Of a stretch of DNA of 64,000 bases, positions 17,951-27,262 are shown piece by piece (the stretch's first letter is position 1; every line of letters begins with the position of its first letter). This DNA comes from Dehalococcoidia bacterium. GTDB taxonomy: Bacteria > Chloroflexota > Dehalococcoidia > Plut-88900. The notes under the pieces are model-generated. The model made no database searches, was not told where the DNA came from, and saw nothing but the letters and a program-made list of their open reading frames with translations. The stretch lies in the NCBI GenBank assembly GCA_965207225.1, contig CBDBLV010000002.1, positions 96,001-160,000 of the forward strand, read 5' to 3'. The translations under genes were made by a program, and so were the position numbers.

Positions 17951-18772
17951 CTATCCTCCATTCTCGGGACGGTCGTCTTCGAGTCCTTTTTCAGATTGAG
18001 TAAACGACTCAGGCTCCAGCTTTCCCCATCTCAGCAGGAAGAGCCTCAATGGCGCCGCAACAAGGGAGCTCAGCAAGACACCGACGATGGTCAGCGATAC
18101 CGCCGACCAGGCCGGACTGAGTTCAAGCATGTGCGGAACAGTGACTGCAATGATGATGACCGGCAGAAACAGCGTGGCCATGGCAAGTGCCTGCATGCCT
18201 GGACCGCTCAATGGGCAGTCCTTCCGTCGTCCGGCGACCTCCAATATCTTCCGTGCCAGAGGTGCCCAGATAATTCCTCCGAAAATCACCACCGGCACCG
18301 GCAACAGCAGAAGCTCCAACCAACTCTCGTCACCGGCCAGTGCGGCAGTCCAGTAGACCATCGTCAAGGCGATTGCGAGCACCAGCGCCATTAGCAGCAA
18401 CCCGCTCCCGCGCATCAGCTTCCAGACCACCCATCCATAAGGGAGTATGAGCATCGAAACGGCCACGTTGATCGCCAACCCATGCCAATCGAACTCGTCG
18501 ACGGCTGCAAGCAGCAATGCGAGCACGAAGAATGCCGAGATCCCGTACTGTTCCCCTCGCTTCTTCCAGGGTCTCGGTTCGGACAAGAGCTCTTCCACCG
18601 GCAACACGGCGACGAGCAGGCTTATCGAGACACGGGCGGACAGGTCATCTATCACGCTGAAATACCAAGTGAAGGCGTAGATTGGCGCGCAGTGAATCAC
18701 GCTGACCAAGAGAACACCGGGGAGATTGGAACGATACTTCCTGTAAGCGTCGCGAACAAAGGTCAGTCTCAC
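17951..18772 (-). CDS. Polytopic membrane protein (about 8 TM)
   Basis: Repeated hydrophobic segments; 5-nt gap to the next gene. Confidence 0.7.
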   Translation of the reverse strand: MRLTFVRDAYRKYRSNLPGVLLVSVIHCAPIYAFTWYFSVIDDLSARVSISLLVAVLPVEELLSEPRPWKKRGEQYGISAFFVLALLLAAVDEFDWHGLAINVAVSMLILPYGWVVWKLMRGSGLLLMALVLAIALTMVYWTAALAGDESWLELLLLPVPVVIFGGIIWAPLARKILEVAGRRKDCPLSGPGMQALAMATLFLPVIIIAVTVPHMLELSPAWSAVSLTIVGVLLSSLVAAPLRLFLLRWGKLEPESFTQSEKGLEDDRPENGG

Positions 18773-18969
18773 TGTCCGCTCTCCTTCCCCAGCGGCATGC
18801 GGTATCCTGCCCGATGCCCTGCAATGATGTGTTTAGGGCTGTCCGTGTCTTTGTCCAAATCGTGCCCGAGCCACCTTAGGTGAATGATGTACGCGCGAAC
18901 CCGTCGATTCCCGCTTCGAGTCGATGCGCAGCCATGTCCTGACCTGTCTTCAGTGGCCCGCATAGAGCA

Positions 18970-19683
18970 TCACTCCCGCGCCGTCGGCTGGAAATTGTTG
19001 CCCAGGTCTGCGTCGTCCACTAGGCCGTTTCGCACGGCCCAGACCACGATCTCCTGCTTCGACTCGACGCCCAGCTTCTCCTGGATGCGGTAGATCGCGT
19101 TCTTGATGGTCGAGGCCTTGTTGCCCCTTGCCTCGGCGATCTGCGCGTAGGACTTGCCGCCGGCGAACATCCTCAGGATCTCCCTTTCACGCTCCGTTAT
19201 CTCCTCCAGCACCCGGCCGGCGGCGATGCCACGCTGCCCCCGTATCAAGGCGAAGACCCTCCTGATCGACCTGTCTGGTATCCGCAGCCGCCCCTTCGCT
19301 ACGTCCCGTATCGCATCCGCCAGCTCCTCCGGCCCCGAGTGTTTCTGCAGGTAGCCCGTCGCGCCCGCGGCGACCGCCTCCACGACGGCATCCTCCGTGG
19401 AGGACGCCGTGAGCATCAGCACCTGCGTTCCCGGCAGCGCCTCCATGATCTCGCGGCAGGCATCGACACCGTCCTTGCCGGGCATCATCACGTCCATCAC
19501 GATAACGTCGGGCTCGACCCGCGCCGCCATCGTGACCGCCTCGACTCCGTCCGAGGCCTGTCCGACGACCTCGAAGTCCTCCTCGCTGCCCAGGGCGTCC
19601 CTCAGCCCGTTCCTCATGATCGGATGGTCGTCTGCCACCATCACCCTGATCCGTTCGCCGGTTGTCATCTTCAACTCCTCCAT
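18970..19683 (-). CDS. NarL/LuxR-family response regulator
   Basis: VADDH..PDVIVMDVMMP..GYLQK receiver domain, TEREREIL..KSYAQIA LuxR HTH. Confidence 0.93.
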   Translation of the reverse strand: MEELKMTTGERIRVMVADDHPIMRNGLRDALGSEEDFEVVGQASDGVEAVTMAARVEPDVIVMDVMMPGKDGVDACREIMEALPGTQVLMLTASSTEDAVVEAVAAGATGYLQKHSGPEELADAIRDVAKGRLRIPDRSIRRVFALIRGQRGIAAGRVLEEITEREREILRMFAGGKSYAQIAEARGNKASTIKNAIYRIQEKLGVESKQEIVVWAVRNGLVDDADLGNNFQPTARE

Positions 19684-19688
19684 AAGAG

Positions 19689-20966
19689 CTATTCGAGCGG
19701 CATCTCGCAGGTCACGGTCGTCCCGCCGCCGGGCCCGCCCGTCTCCACGACGAGCCTCCCGCCCAGCCTCTCGGCATCCGCCTCCATGCCCCTGAAGCCG
19801 CGGCCTGTCTCGGCGTAGTCGTCCGGGAGACCGGCGCCGTCGTCGGATACGGACAGCCGCAGTCCGTCGTTGTCGAACTCCAGCCGGACCTCGACCCGGC
19901 TTGCCTTGGCGTGCAGAAATGCGTTCGTGAGCGCGTTGTGGGCTATGGAAAAGAGGCGTGACTTCGTCTCCACGGCGAGGGGAGGCTCGGTCCCGGTCTG
20001 GAGCAACTCCGCGGGGATCGACGCGGTCTTGGCGAAGTTGTCCGTGTGCGACCACAGCACCCGTCCGAGCTCCCGTCCCTCGAAGAGGTAGCCCTCGTCG
20101 ATGGGCCTTCTCAGCTCCCACATGGCCGCCTTCGACAGCGACGAGGTCGCGGCCAGCGTCTCGGCCAGTTCCTTGTTTCCGTCGCCGGCGAGCTTCATCG
20201 CCCTGTGAACACCCATCGACACCATGTATGCGGTCTGCGCGGCGGTGTCGTGGATGGCCTGGGAGAGCTCGATGCGCTCCCGGTGAAGCTCCCGCTCCCG
20301 TTCGGCCGAGCGCCTCCGCCTCACCCGCTCGAACCGTGCGATCAGGCTCACGCATCCGGCGATGCCGTACATCGCCGCTACTCTCCCGAGCAGGTCCTTC
20401 TCCTCCCCGGAAGCGAAGTCAAGGCCCGGGTGCGCCGTCAGGCTGACGATGGAGTAGACGAGGGTGACCATCGTCGTCCACGCCAGGCTGAGCCACAGTG
20501 ACGTAAAGACCACGGCGAAGAGCGCGAGCGCGACGTAGTATCCGACATATATGTATGTGTTGAAGTCACCGGATATGACGAGGGCGCCGGTGATCAGGGC
20601 GATGTCCATGGCGTGGAGGAAGAGCAGCCAGCGCCACGTCACCGTCCATCCCCTGTGCAGTCGGTAGTGGACCAGGCCGTTGAACACCACCAGCGGCACG
20701 TGCAGGTACAGGTACTCCCTGTGGGTGTCGACCCAGAAATCGGGGCGATACGCCAGCTGGCCCAGGGCGACCGCCCATGTGGCCCACCGGAGCCAGACGG
20801 AGACCCTCGCCGCGAACAGCATCACCTCCGGGTCGGCGTGAACGGTTCGCAGGAGCCACCCGGACTTGCGGGCTCCCGGCGTGGCCGCGCGACCCCGCCG
20901 CCACCAGCGCTTTGCCCGCTGGGCTGCGGCCATTTGAGCTACCACACCGAGACCGTCCTCCGTCAA
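19689..20966 (-). CDS. Membrane sensor histidine kinase (HisKA_3 type)
   Basis: Multiple TMs, IHDTAAQ H-box, NALTNAFLHA, DDGAG, GRGFRGM. Confidence 0.92.
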   Translation of the reverse strand: MTEDGLGVVAQMAAAQRAKRWWRRGRAATPGARKSGWLLRTVHADPEVMLFAARVSVWLRWATWAVALGQLAYRPDFWVDTHREYLYLHVPLVVFNGLVHYRLHRGWTVTWRWLLFLHAMDIALITGALVISGDFNTYIYVGYYVALALFAVVFTSLWLSLAWTTMVTLVYSIVSLTAHPGLDFASGEEKDLLGRVAAMYGIAGCVSLIARFERVRRRRSAERERELHRERIELSQAIHDTAAQTAYMVSMGVHRAMKLAGDGNKELAETLAATSSLSKAAMWELRRPIDEGYLFEGRELGRVLWSHTDNFAKTASIPAELLQTGTEPPLAVETKSRLFSIAHNALTNAFLHAKASRVEVRLEFDNDGLRLSVSDDGAGLPDDYAETGRGFRGMEADAERLGGRLVVETGGPGGGTTVTCEMPLE

Positions 20967-20981
20967 TAGCGGACTCCCCCT
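20891..20981. repeat. Copy 1 of about 90-bp direct repeat (kinase 5' end and RBS)
   Basis: Near-identical to 25500-25590. Confidence 0.85.
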
Positions 20982-21329
20982 TTGTGACTATGTTGAACGA
21001 CTAGCTTCGGGCGCCCCCAAATTACCGTTTCCGATGGGCCGTTGTCGAGTGCCGAACGCACCCCACCACAGGGGTCTATACGACTACACGAACGAGGGCC
21101 TGAAAGTGGTCTGCTTCGCCCTTACAAACACACCACTTTTGGCCCCGTGAATGCATGCGAAACGCCCCCTCCAAAAGCCCTGTCAACAATGTGACGCACG
21201 GCTCTTGTTGACCCCGCTCATTTCCGGCTAGCTTCAGAGTTGACCTATTGCGGCAGTTTCGAGCGCGTCGTCTCCGTGGGATGGCGTGCTCGATGAATGC
21301 GAAAACTCCTATTGAGACGAGGCAGACAC

Positions 21330-24300
21330 ATGAGGATTATTGGTGGACTCCAGGACCGGCCGGTGCGAGTGGCCGCGCTCTTTGCAGCGCTCGCGTTGCT
21401 GGCGCTGTTCGCGGCGACATTCGGAGGCGATTTCATCGCGAGGGCCCAGGCGCAGGACGGCGTCATGAACGCCCCGACCCTGACCAGCGACACGCCGGGA
21501 ACAATGGTCGTCACCTGGCAGACCCCCAGCCCCGAACCCAGCGACTACCGCATCGACTACGCGAAGTCCGGCGAGGACTACACCTCCTGGAAGGTTGACG
21601 AGGGACACGCCTACCCGGCCGGCGCGGAGACGACGCTTACCATCGAGGGTCTTGAGGCCGGTGCCGAGTACAAGGTGCGCATGCGGGCGCGCTATAACAC
21701 GGGCGACCACGCGGAGAGCCCCTGGAGCGGCGACTGGACCGACGACGCGACCGTACTCGTGGCGGCCGAGACCGAAGAAAACACCGGGACCCAGGAAGAC
21801 CCCACGCCAACGCCAACCCCAACACCTACACCGACACCCACGCCCCTTCCCAGGGGAACGATACCCGCACTGGCCGCGTCGAGCCTGGAGGCGGGTTCCC
21901 TGACCCTTCTCTGGCAGGCCCCCAGCCCCGCGCCCACGGACTACCGCATCGACTTCGAGAAGTCCGGCGAGGACTACACGTCGTGGAAGGTTGAGGAGGG
22001 CCACGTCTACCCCGCAGGCGCGGAGACGACGGTCACCATCACCGGGCTCGAGCCCGGCGTGGAGTACAAGGTGCGCATGAAGGCGCGCTACTACGACGGC
22101 GACCACGCAGAGAACCCCTGGAGCGGCTCCTATACCGACAACGTCCTGATGGTCGTGGCCGCCAAGCAGTCCGGGCAGGACAGGGGCGCGCGGGGAGCGA
22201 GCGACCCGCCGCCGGACGGCGCAATGAGCGACCCCGAGCTGACCAGCGACACGCCCGGGACCATCGTCGTCACCTGGGAGGTTCCCAGCCCCGAACCCAG
22301 CGACTACCGCATCGACTACGCGAAGTCAGCCGACGAGTACACCTCCCCGGAGGACGAGGACGGTCACGTCTACCCGGCAGGCACGGAGACGACGGCTACG
22401 CTCACCGGCCTCGACGCCGGTGTGGAGTACAAGGTGCGCATGCAGGCCCGCTACGCCGGGGACAATCCCTCGAACGGCCCCTGGACCGGCGACGTGTACA
22501 TCACCGTGGCCTCCGGGAGCGGGAACCTGCTGCCGCCTCCCGGCATCGTGGAGTTCATCGACTCCGACGACCTCGTGACCGCGCAGCAGAGCGAAGTCGA
22601 AACGCTGTACAGCAACCTGGAACAGGAAAGCACGAGTATTGCTAGTAGTACTGCCATTGGCGTCGTTGGAATTGCTCAAACGGACAATGCCGCGGCCGTC
22701 CCGTTCCATACCGGCCGGAACCCGGGTGGCTACCTCCTACAGGGCGCGAAGGTCGACATTGCCAGCGTAACGGGTACTGCTGGTGGCACCTTCCAGGGCA
22801 CGCTGAAGGCGTCTATCTATGACGACTCCGGCGGCACGCCCGGGAGCGAGGTCCACCCCCTGGGTGACATCACCGACCTGATGGACGGGCAGATGCCCGG
22901 GGAAACCACCCTCGAATCGGACGGCTCGTTCCTGTTGCATCCAGGCACGACCTACTGGCTGGTGCTGGAGCTGGACGGCCAGACCTCTGGTTCCTTCGTC
23001 GATCTCCGGGCTACGGAGAGTGAGGAGCCGGACCCGGGCGCCGAGCGCGGCTAGTCCTCCGGCCCTGTCTATGAGCGCGCCACCTCGTCGGGGTCTTGGT
23101 CGGACACTGGTGGCGACAGAACGAAGTTCGCGATTCTGGGCGAGGCGGTGCCCACGCCGGTTCTGATCAGCAACCTGAACCAGACCGAGTCTGGTGCTGA
23201 CCATGAGATAGGCCACCTGGGTTTTACCGCAAATGCAGACGCTGCCCTTGCCATTCCGTTCCGTACCGGCGGAAACCCGAGCGGCTACCTCCTTCAGGGC
23301 GCGACGGTCGATATTGCGAGTGTGACAAAAGCGGGTGCTGGCAGCTTCCAGGGCACGCTGAAGGCGTCTATCCATGACGACTCCGGCGGCACGCCCGGGA
23401 CCGAGGTCCACCCTCAGGGTGGTACCACCCTGATGTCCGGGCAGACTCTCGGGGTAACCACCCTCGACGCGGACGGTCTGGTCGTACTGCTTCCGGACAG
23501 GCGCTACTGGCTGGTTCTGGAGCTGAACGACCAGACCCCTGGTTCCATAGCCTCGCTCCACACCACGGGGAGTCAGGAGGCGGACCCGGGCGGCGAGCCC
23601 GGCTGGTCCTACGGCACCGAGTCACCGTATGAGCGTTTTACTTCGTCGTCGGACTGGACCCAGGCGCGTTCTCTCTCCCACAGAATAAAATTCGCGATTC
23701 TGGGGGAGGCGCTGCCGAATCCCCCGACGCTGATCAGCAACCTGGGGCAGACAAGTGACGACTCTGTGAGAGTCGTCGGCAATGTTAGCGACCAGTTTGG
23801 CCCCAATTCTGTCGACCGTGCGCAGGCCATCCGGTTCTTCACCGGCGCAAATCAGGATGGATATGCCGTGAACGGCGTCCAAGTCGCAATTCCTACAGTC
23901 ACAAATGCGGCATCGGTCAAGCTCAAGGCGGCGATCTACGATGACGCCTCCGGCTCGCCCGGTTCCCTGGTCGGCACTGTGGGAGAGCTAACCGGCCCGA
24001 CGGCCGGGATACTGCCGATCGACGCGGACAGCGACATCACCCTGGATGCGGACACATACTACTGGCTCGTGCTGGAGCTGGACGATGCACTCGCCGGTTC
24101 GACAATCAACTTGTCGGGAACCGGCTCCGAGAACCTGGATCCCGGGAGGGCCCTGTCGGGATGGTCCCTGGGAAGCGCGCTTCAGCGCTGGGGGGCTAAC
24201 CCTCCGGTGAATTGGACAAGTGCGCCGCGCTTCAAGTTCGCGCTTCTCGGCGAGCCGAACCCTTGCGCGGCGCCAGGCATCACCGACACCTCGGCTGCGG

Positions 24301-25349
24301 TCAACATTCCCGACGCCGCGCTGCGCAGCGTTATCGAGGCAGCCCTCGGAAAGAACGCCGGCGACACCATCACCTACGCGGAGCTCGCCACGGTCGAGGA
24401 GATCAGAGCCGAGAACAGCGGTATCGCCAGCATGGAGGGGCTTCAGTATGCGACCGGGCTGAAGGTCTTGTGGCTGAAAGACAACCGGATCTCGTCGTCA
24501 ATCAGCTTCTGCGGCCTGACCAGGTTGGAGAGACTGTTCCTGTCGCGCAACAACATCGGCGGCAGCATCGACCTGACCGGCCTCAACGCCTTGCGCTCGG
24601 TGTGGATCGAACACAACCGCATCACGAGGCTCTGGCTCCCGGCCGCTCCCAACCTCCATACCATGAACGCCAACAATAACCGGCTCGCCTCCGTCGAATT
24701 CAACGGACCCTTGCCCGACCTGGAGACTTTCGACGTCTGGAAGAACAACCTCACGGAGATTGACCTTACCCACGTAGGAGCAACGGGAACGGAAGATAGG
24801 GAAGCTGGTCGATTGGGACATCTCATTCTGGCTGATAACAATCTCACCAGCCTCGACATTCCCGCCACCAAGGGATACGTGTCTGTGTACGCGCAGGACA
24901 ACGAATTGACCTCGGTGACCATCCCGGCCCTCAAGCAACTCGAGGTACTGAACCTGCGGTCCAACAACCTCACCTCAGTCACCTTTGGCGGGAACCCGCC
25001 CAAGCTCACGTACCTCGATCTGGGCCACAACGAGCTGCGAACAGAGGGTCGTAGAAATGACGAAGCCGTGCTCTGGTCGGGCATTAGATTCTCACAGCTC
25101 GAAATCCTCCACCTCTCCGGCAACAAGCTCGACACCTTGAAGTTCGAGAGCAACCAGGTTCCCAAGCTGGCACGGCTCTATTTGGACCACAACAAGGACT
25201 ACAAGTTCGCCCTTTTGAACAGTGAGGCCTTCATCAGCCTCAACAGGTCCAACGCACCCAACCTCACCTACATCGATCTGAGAGGCAACAACGGCAGCGC
25301 CAGCATGGTAACTTCCCGGTGTAGCTCCGGCATGACGTGCCTTTACTGA
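21330..25349 (+). pseudogene. Large surface protein (signal peptide, 3 FN3-like repeats, 3 beta-rich repeats, LRR) split by in-frame TAG at 23052-23054
   Basis: ORFs 21297-23054 and 23148-25349 are in one frame with open sequence between; GGC TAG TCC aligns with GGC TGG TCC (GWS) of the next repeat; W..P..DYRIDY..L..GVEYKVRM FN3 repeats; LxxLxLxxN LRRs after an internalin-like IPDAALR cap. Confidence 0.85.
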
Positions 25350-25499
25350 TCCACCGGTGGCGACTCACGCCGCGTCCACAACTGACACGGCAAACAGCCG
25401 GCGCGCGAGAGACGGTGATAAAGTGGCTCCGGACCGGGGACGAGAGCCTCTCGTCCCGGTCCGGGATGCCCGCTGGAGGAATCGCCCGGCCTGGCCCCG

Positions 25500-25590
25500 C
25501 GACCGCGCCGCCACCAGCGCCTTGCCCGCTGGGCCGCGCCCATTTGAGCCACCACACCGGGACCGTCCTCCGTCAATAGTGGACTCCCCT
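25500..25590. repeat. Copy 2 of repeat: truncated kinase 5' remnant
   Basis: Encodes MTEDGPGVVAQMGAAQRARRWWRR vs MTEDGLGVVAQMAAAQRAKRWWRR, then diverges. Confidence 0.8.
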
Positions 25591-25853
25591 CTACTTGAAG
25601 GAGAACAACGGAGAAGGCGAAGGCATCGGCAGGCGGCAGTGCACCGCGAACTACAAGGTCAAACCTACCCGCCGCAGGATACGCGAGATGCTGGAACTCA
25701 AACCGGTGCGCGCTGGACCTGCAGAAGACCCCCTACCTTCACACGCTGCGGATGCCCCTGGCAGAGGCCGTCGCGCTAGACGAGGCGGATCTGGCAGCGG
25801 AAGCTCAGGTGGACACGTTCGGCAACGAGTGCGAGGGTCACTGCGGGGTGTGA
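25586..25853 (+). pseudogene. Internally deleted fragment of a PAPS-reductase-like (adenine nucleotide alpha hydrolase) gene common on phages and MGEs
   Basis: PLYL..GIGRRQCTANYKVKP, then in another frame YLH..MPL..FGNECEGHCGV*. Confidence 0.6.
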
Positions 25854-25994
25854 ACGGTTGTGCGTGACGCCCCGATGCGAGAATCAGGCTTGCCACCTGA
25901 ATACTCGAATGTCCCCTTTGGGAAAGCCTCCACACCGTCGTTTCCACCACTCCATTTCCCCCTTTCAGAGCACCCGCTATAGGGGCTGCGCCCC

Positions 25995-26023
25995 TTGACA
26001 CCGGGAGCCGTACCGTTCATAGT
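25995..26023 (+). promoter_or_regulatory. Sigma70-like promoter TTGACA-N17-CATAGT
   Basis: Consensus -35 with 17-nt spacer, 40 nt before the RHH gene. Confidence 0.55.
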
Positions 26024-26062
26024 ACGGGTATGACTAAGTATTACTCGTGAGAACAGAAAAAC

Positions 26063-26287
26063 ATGGCACGTACCACGAAGATCGTCACCTTCTCCATTCC
26101 GCCTGCTATGGAAGAGCAACTGAGGCAGGTGGCCGAGGAGGATGGCCGAACCGTGAGCGAGCTACTGCGCGAGGGGTTTCGCCTCTACCTAGAGGAGCGG
26201 GAATGGCGAAGACGGGAAGGGACGCAGATGCGGCGCTCACGACAAACTACAGACCAAGAGGAAACTGGTAGGGGGAGGGACAGTTGA
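26063..26287 (+). CDS. Ribbon-helix-helix (CopG-like) regulator
   Basis: KIVTFSIPP..LRQVAEEDGRTVSELLREG. Confidence 0.85.
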   Translation: MARTTKIVTFSIPPAMEEQLRQVAEEDGRTVSELLREGFRLYLEEREWRRREGTQMRRSRQTTDQEETGRGRDS

Positions 26288-26805
26288 GGCGACAGATAGA
26301 CCGGCTAAAGCCAATTGTCTCTGGAATCATATCCGGCTTCATCGCCAGAGAACTCAAGGACGCCCGCGAGAGATGGCGACGAGGATTGAAGGGAGAGCAA
26401 CCCTGGCTGTCGGTCCTGATCACCACCGTCAGCATGTACGCATTGTGGCAATGGGCGTTTGGACAGGGTTTCCTTTTTGGGTTGTCATTCCTCACCGCAG
26501 CAACTCTTGCCATCCTGCGCGGCCACATATTTACCCATCCATATCGGCTGATTCTCGTAGCGATGGCGGTGGTGATCGGCTCTCTTGTCATCCCCGGCCT
26601 CAGGGGGGACGCCTGGCAAGCACTTAGAGGAGGGGATGTTATTGGTGCCGTTGCCATTGTGGGGGTAGGCATATTGCTCTGGAGATTGAAGAAGCAGTTG
26701 GAAACTGGACAGACGGGAACCCCCCATCGCGTGCCCCAAAGAGGAGACGCAAATCGCGGCGACGATAGAGCCTTGAGCAACCGAAGAACAAACCCCCGTA
26801 GCTAG
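26284..26805 (+). CDS. Membrane protein, unknown function
   Basis: About 4 hydrophobic segments; overlaps the RHH stop. Confidence 0.6.
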   Translation: MRRQIDRLKPIVSGIISGFIARELKDARERWRRGLKGEQPWLSVLITTVSMYALWQWAFGQGFLFGLSFLTAATLAILRGHIFTHPYRLILVAMAVVIGSLVIPGLRGDAWQALRGGDVIGAVAIVGVGILLWRLKKQLETGQTGTPHRVPQRGDANRGDDRALSNRRTNPRS

Positions 26806-26840
26806 TGAATCTCAAGTAGATGACCAAGAAGGAGAGACCG

Positions 26841-27262
26841 ATGAACGACAGGAATGACTACATACCAGCCGCCCTCTACGCCAGGGTCTCCAGCGACCGT
26901 CAGGACGTCGATCTGTCCGTGGCGGCTCAGATGCGGGCGCTCCGGGACTACGCCGAGAAGAACGGCTACCTGGTTGCCCGAGAGTACATCGACGAGGCCG
27001 AGAGCGGGCGCGTCGCGGACCGCCCCGAGTTCCGCAAGATGCTCGACGAGGCCACCAAGCCCGACGCCCCCTTTCAGGAAATCCTGGTCTGGAAGTTCTC
27101 GCGCTTCACCCGCAAGCGCGAGCACGCCGTCGCCTTCAAGTCCATGCTCCGGCGCAAGGGCGTCAGGGTCGTCTCTATCACCGAGCAGGCCGACGACTCG
27201 CCAACCGGAAAGCTGCTTGAGGGCATCATCGAGAGCGTGGACGAGTTCTACTCCGAGAACCT
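26841..27262 (+). pseudogene. N-terminal half of large serine recombinase, interrupted at FYSENL
   Basis: YARVSSDRQD...ESVDEFYSENL; similarity to 3463-5058 stops here and resumes at 54905. Confidence 0.92.

Noticed and set aside
19684-20355. N-terminal extension of the response regulator in the ORF track
   Set aside because: Out-of-frame overlap with the kinase; the real start is at about 19683
21801-21846. Short tandem repeat as possible array
   Set aside because: Encodes a Pro-Thr linker
23052-23054. Amber readthrough or pyrrolysine recoding
   Set aside because: Position aligns with Trp (TGG), no pyl genes are seen, and TAG terminates many normal genes here
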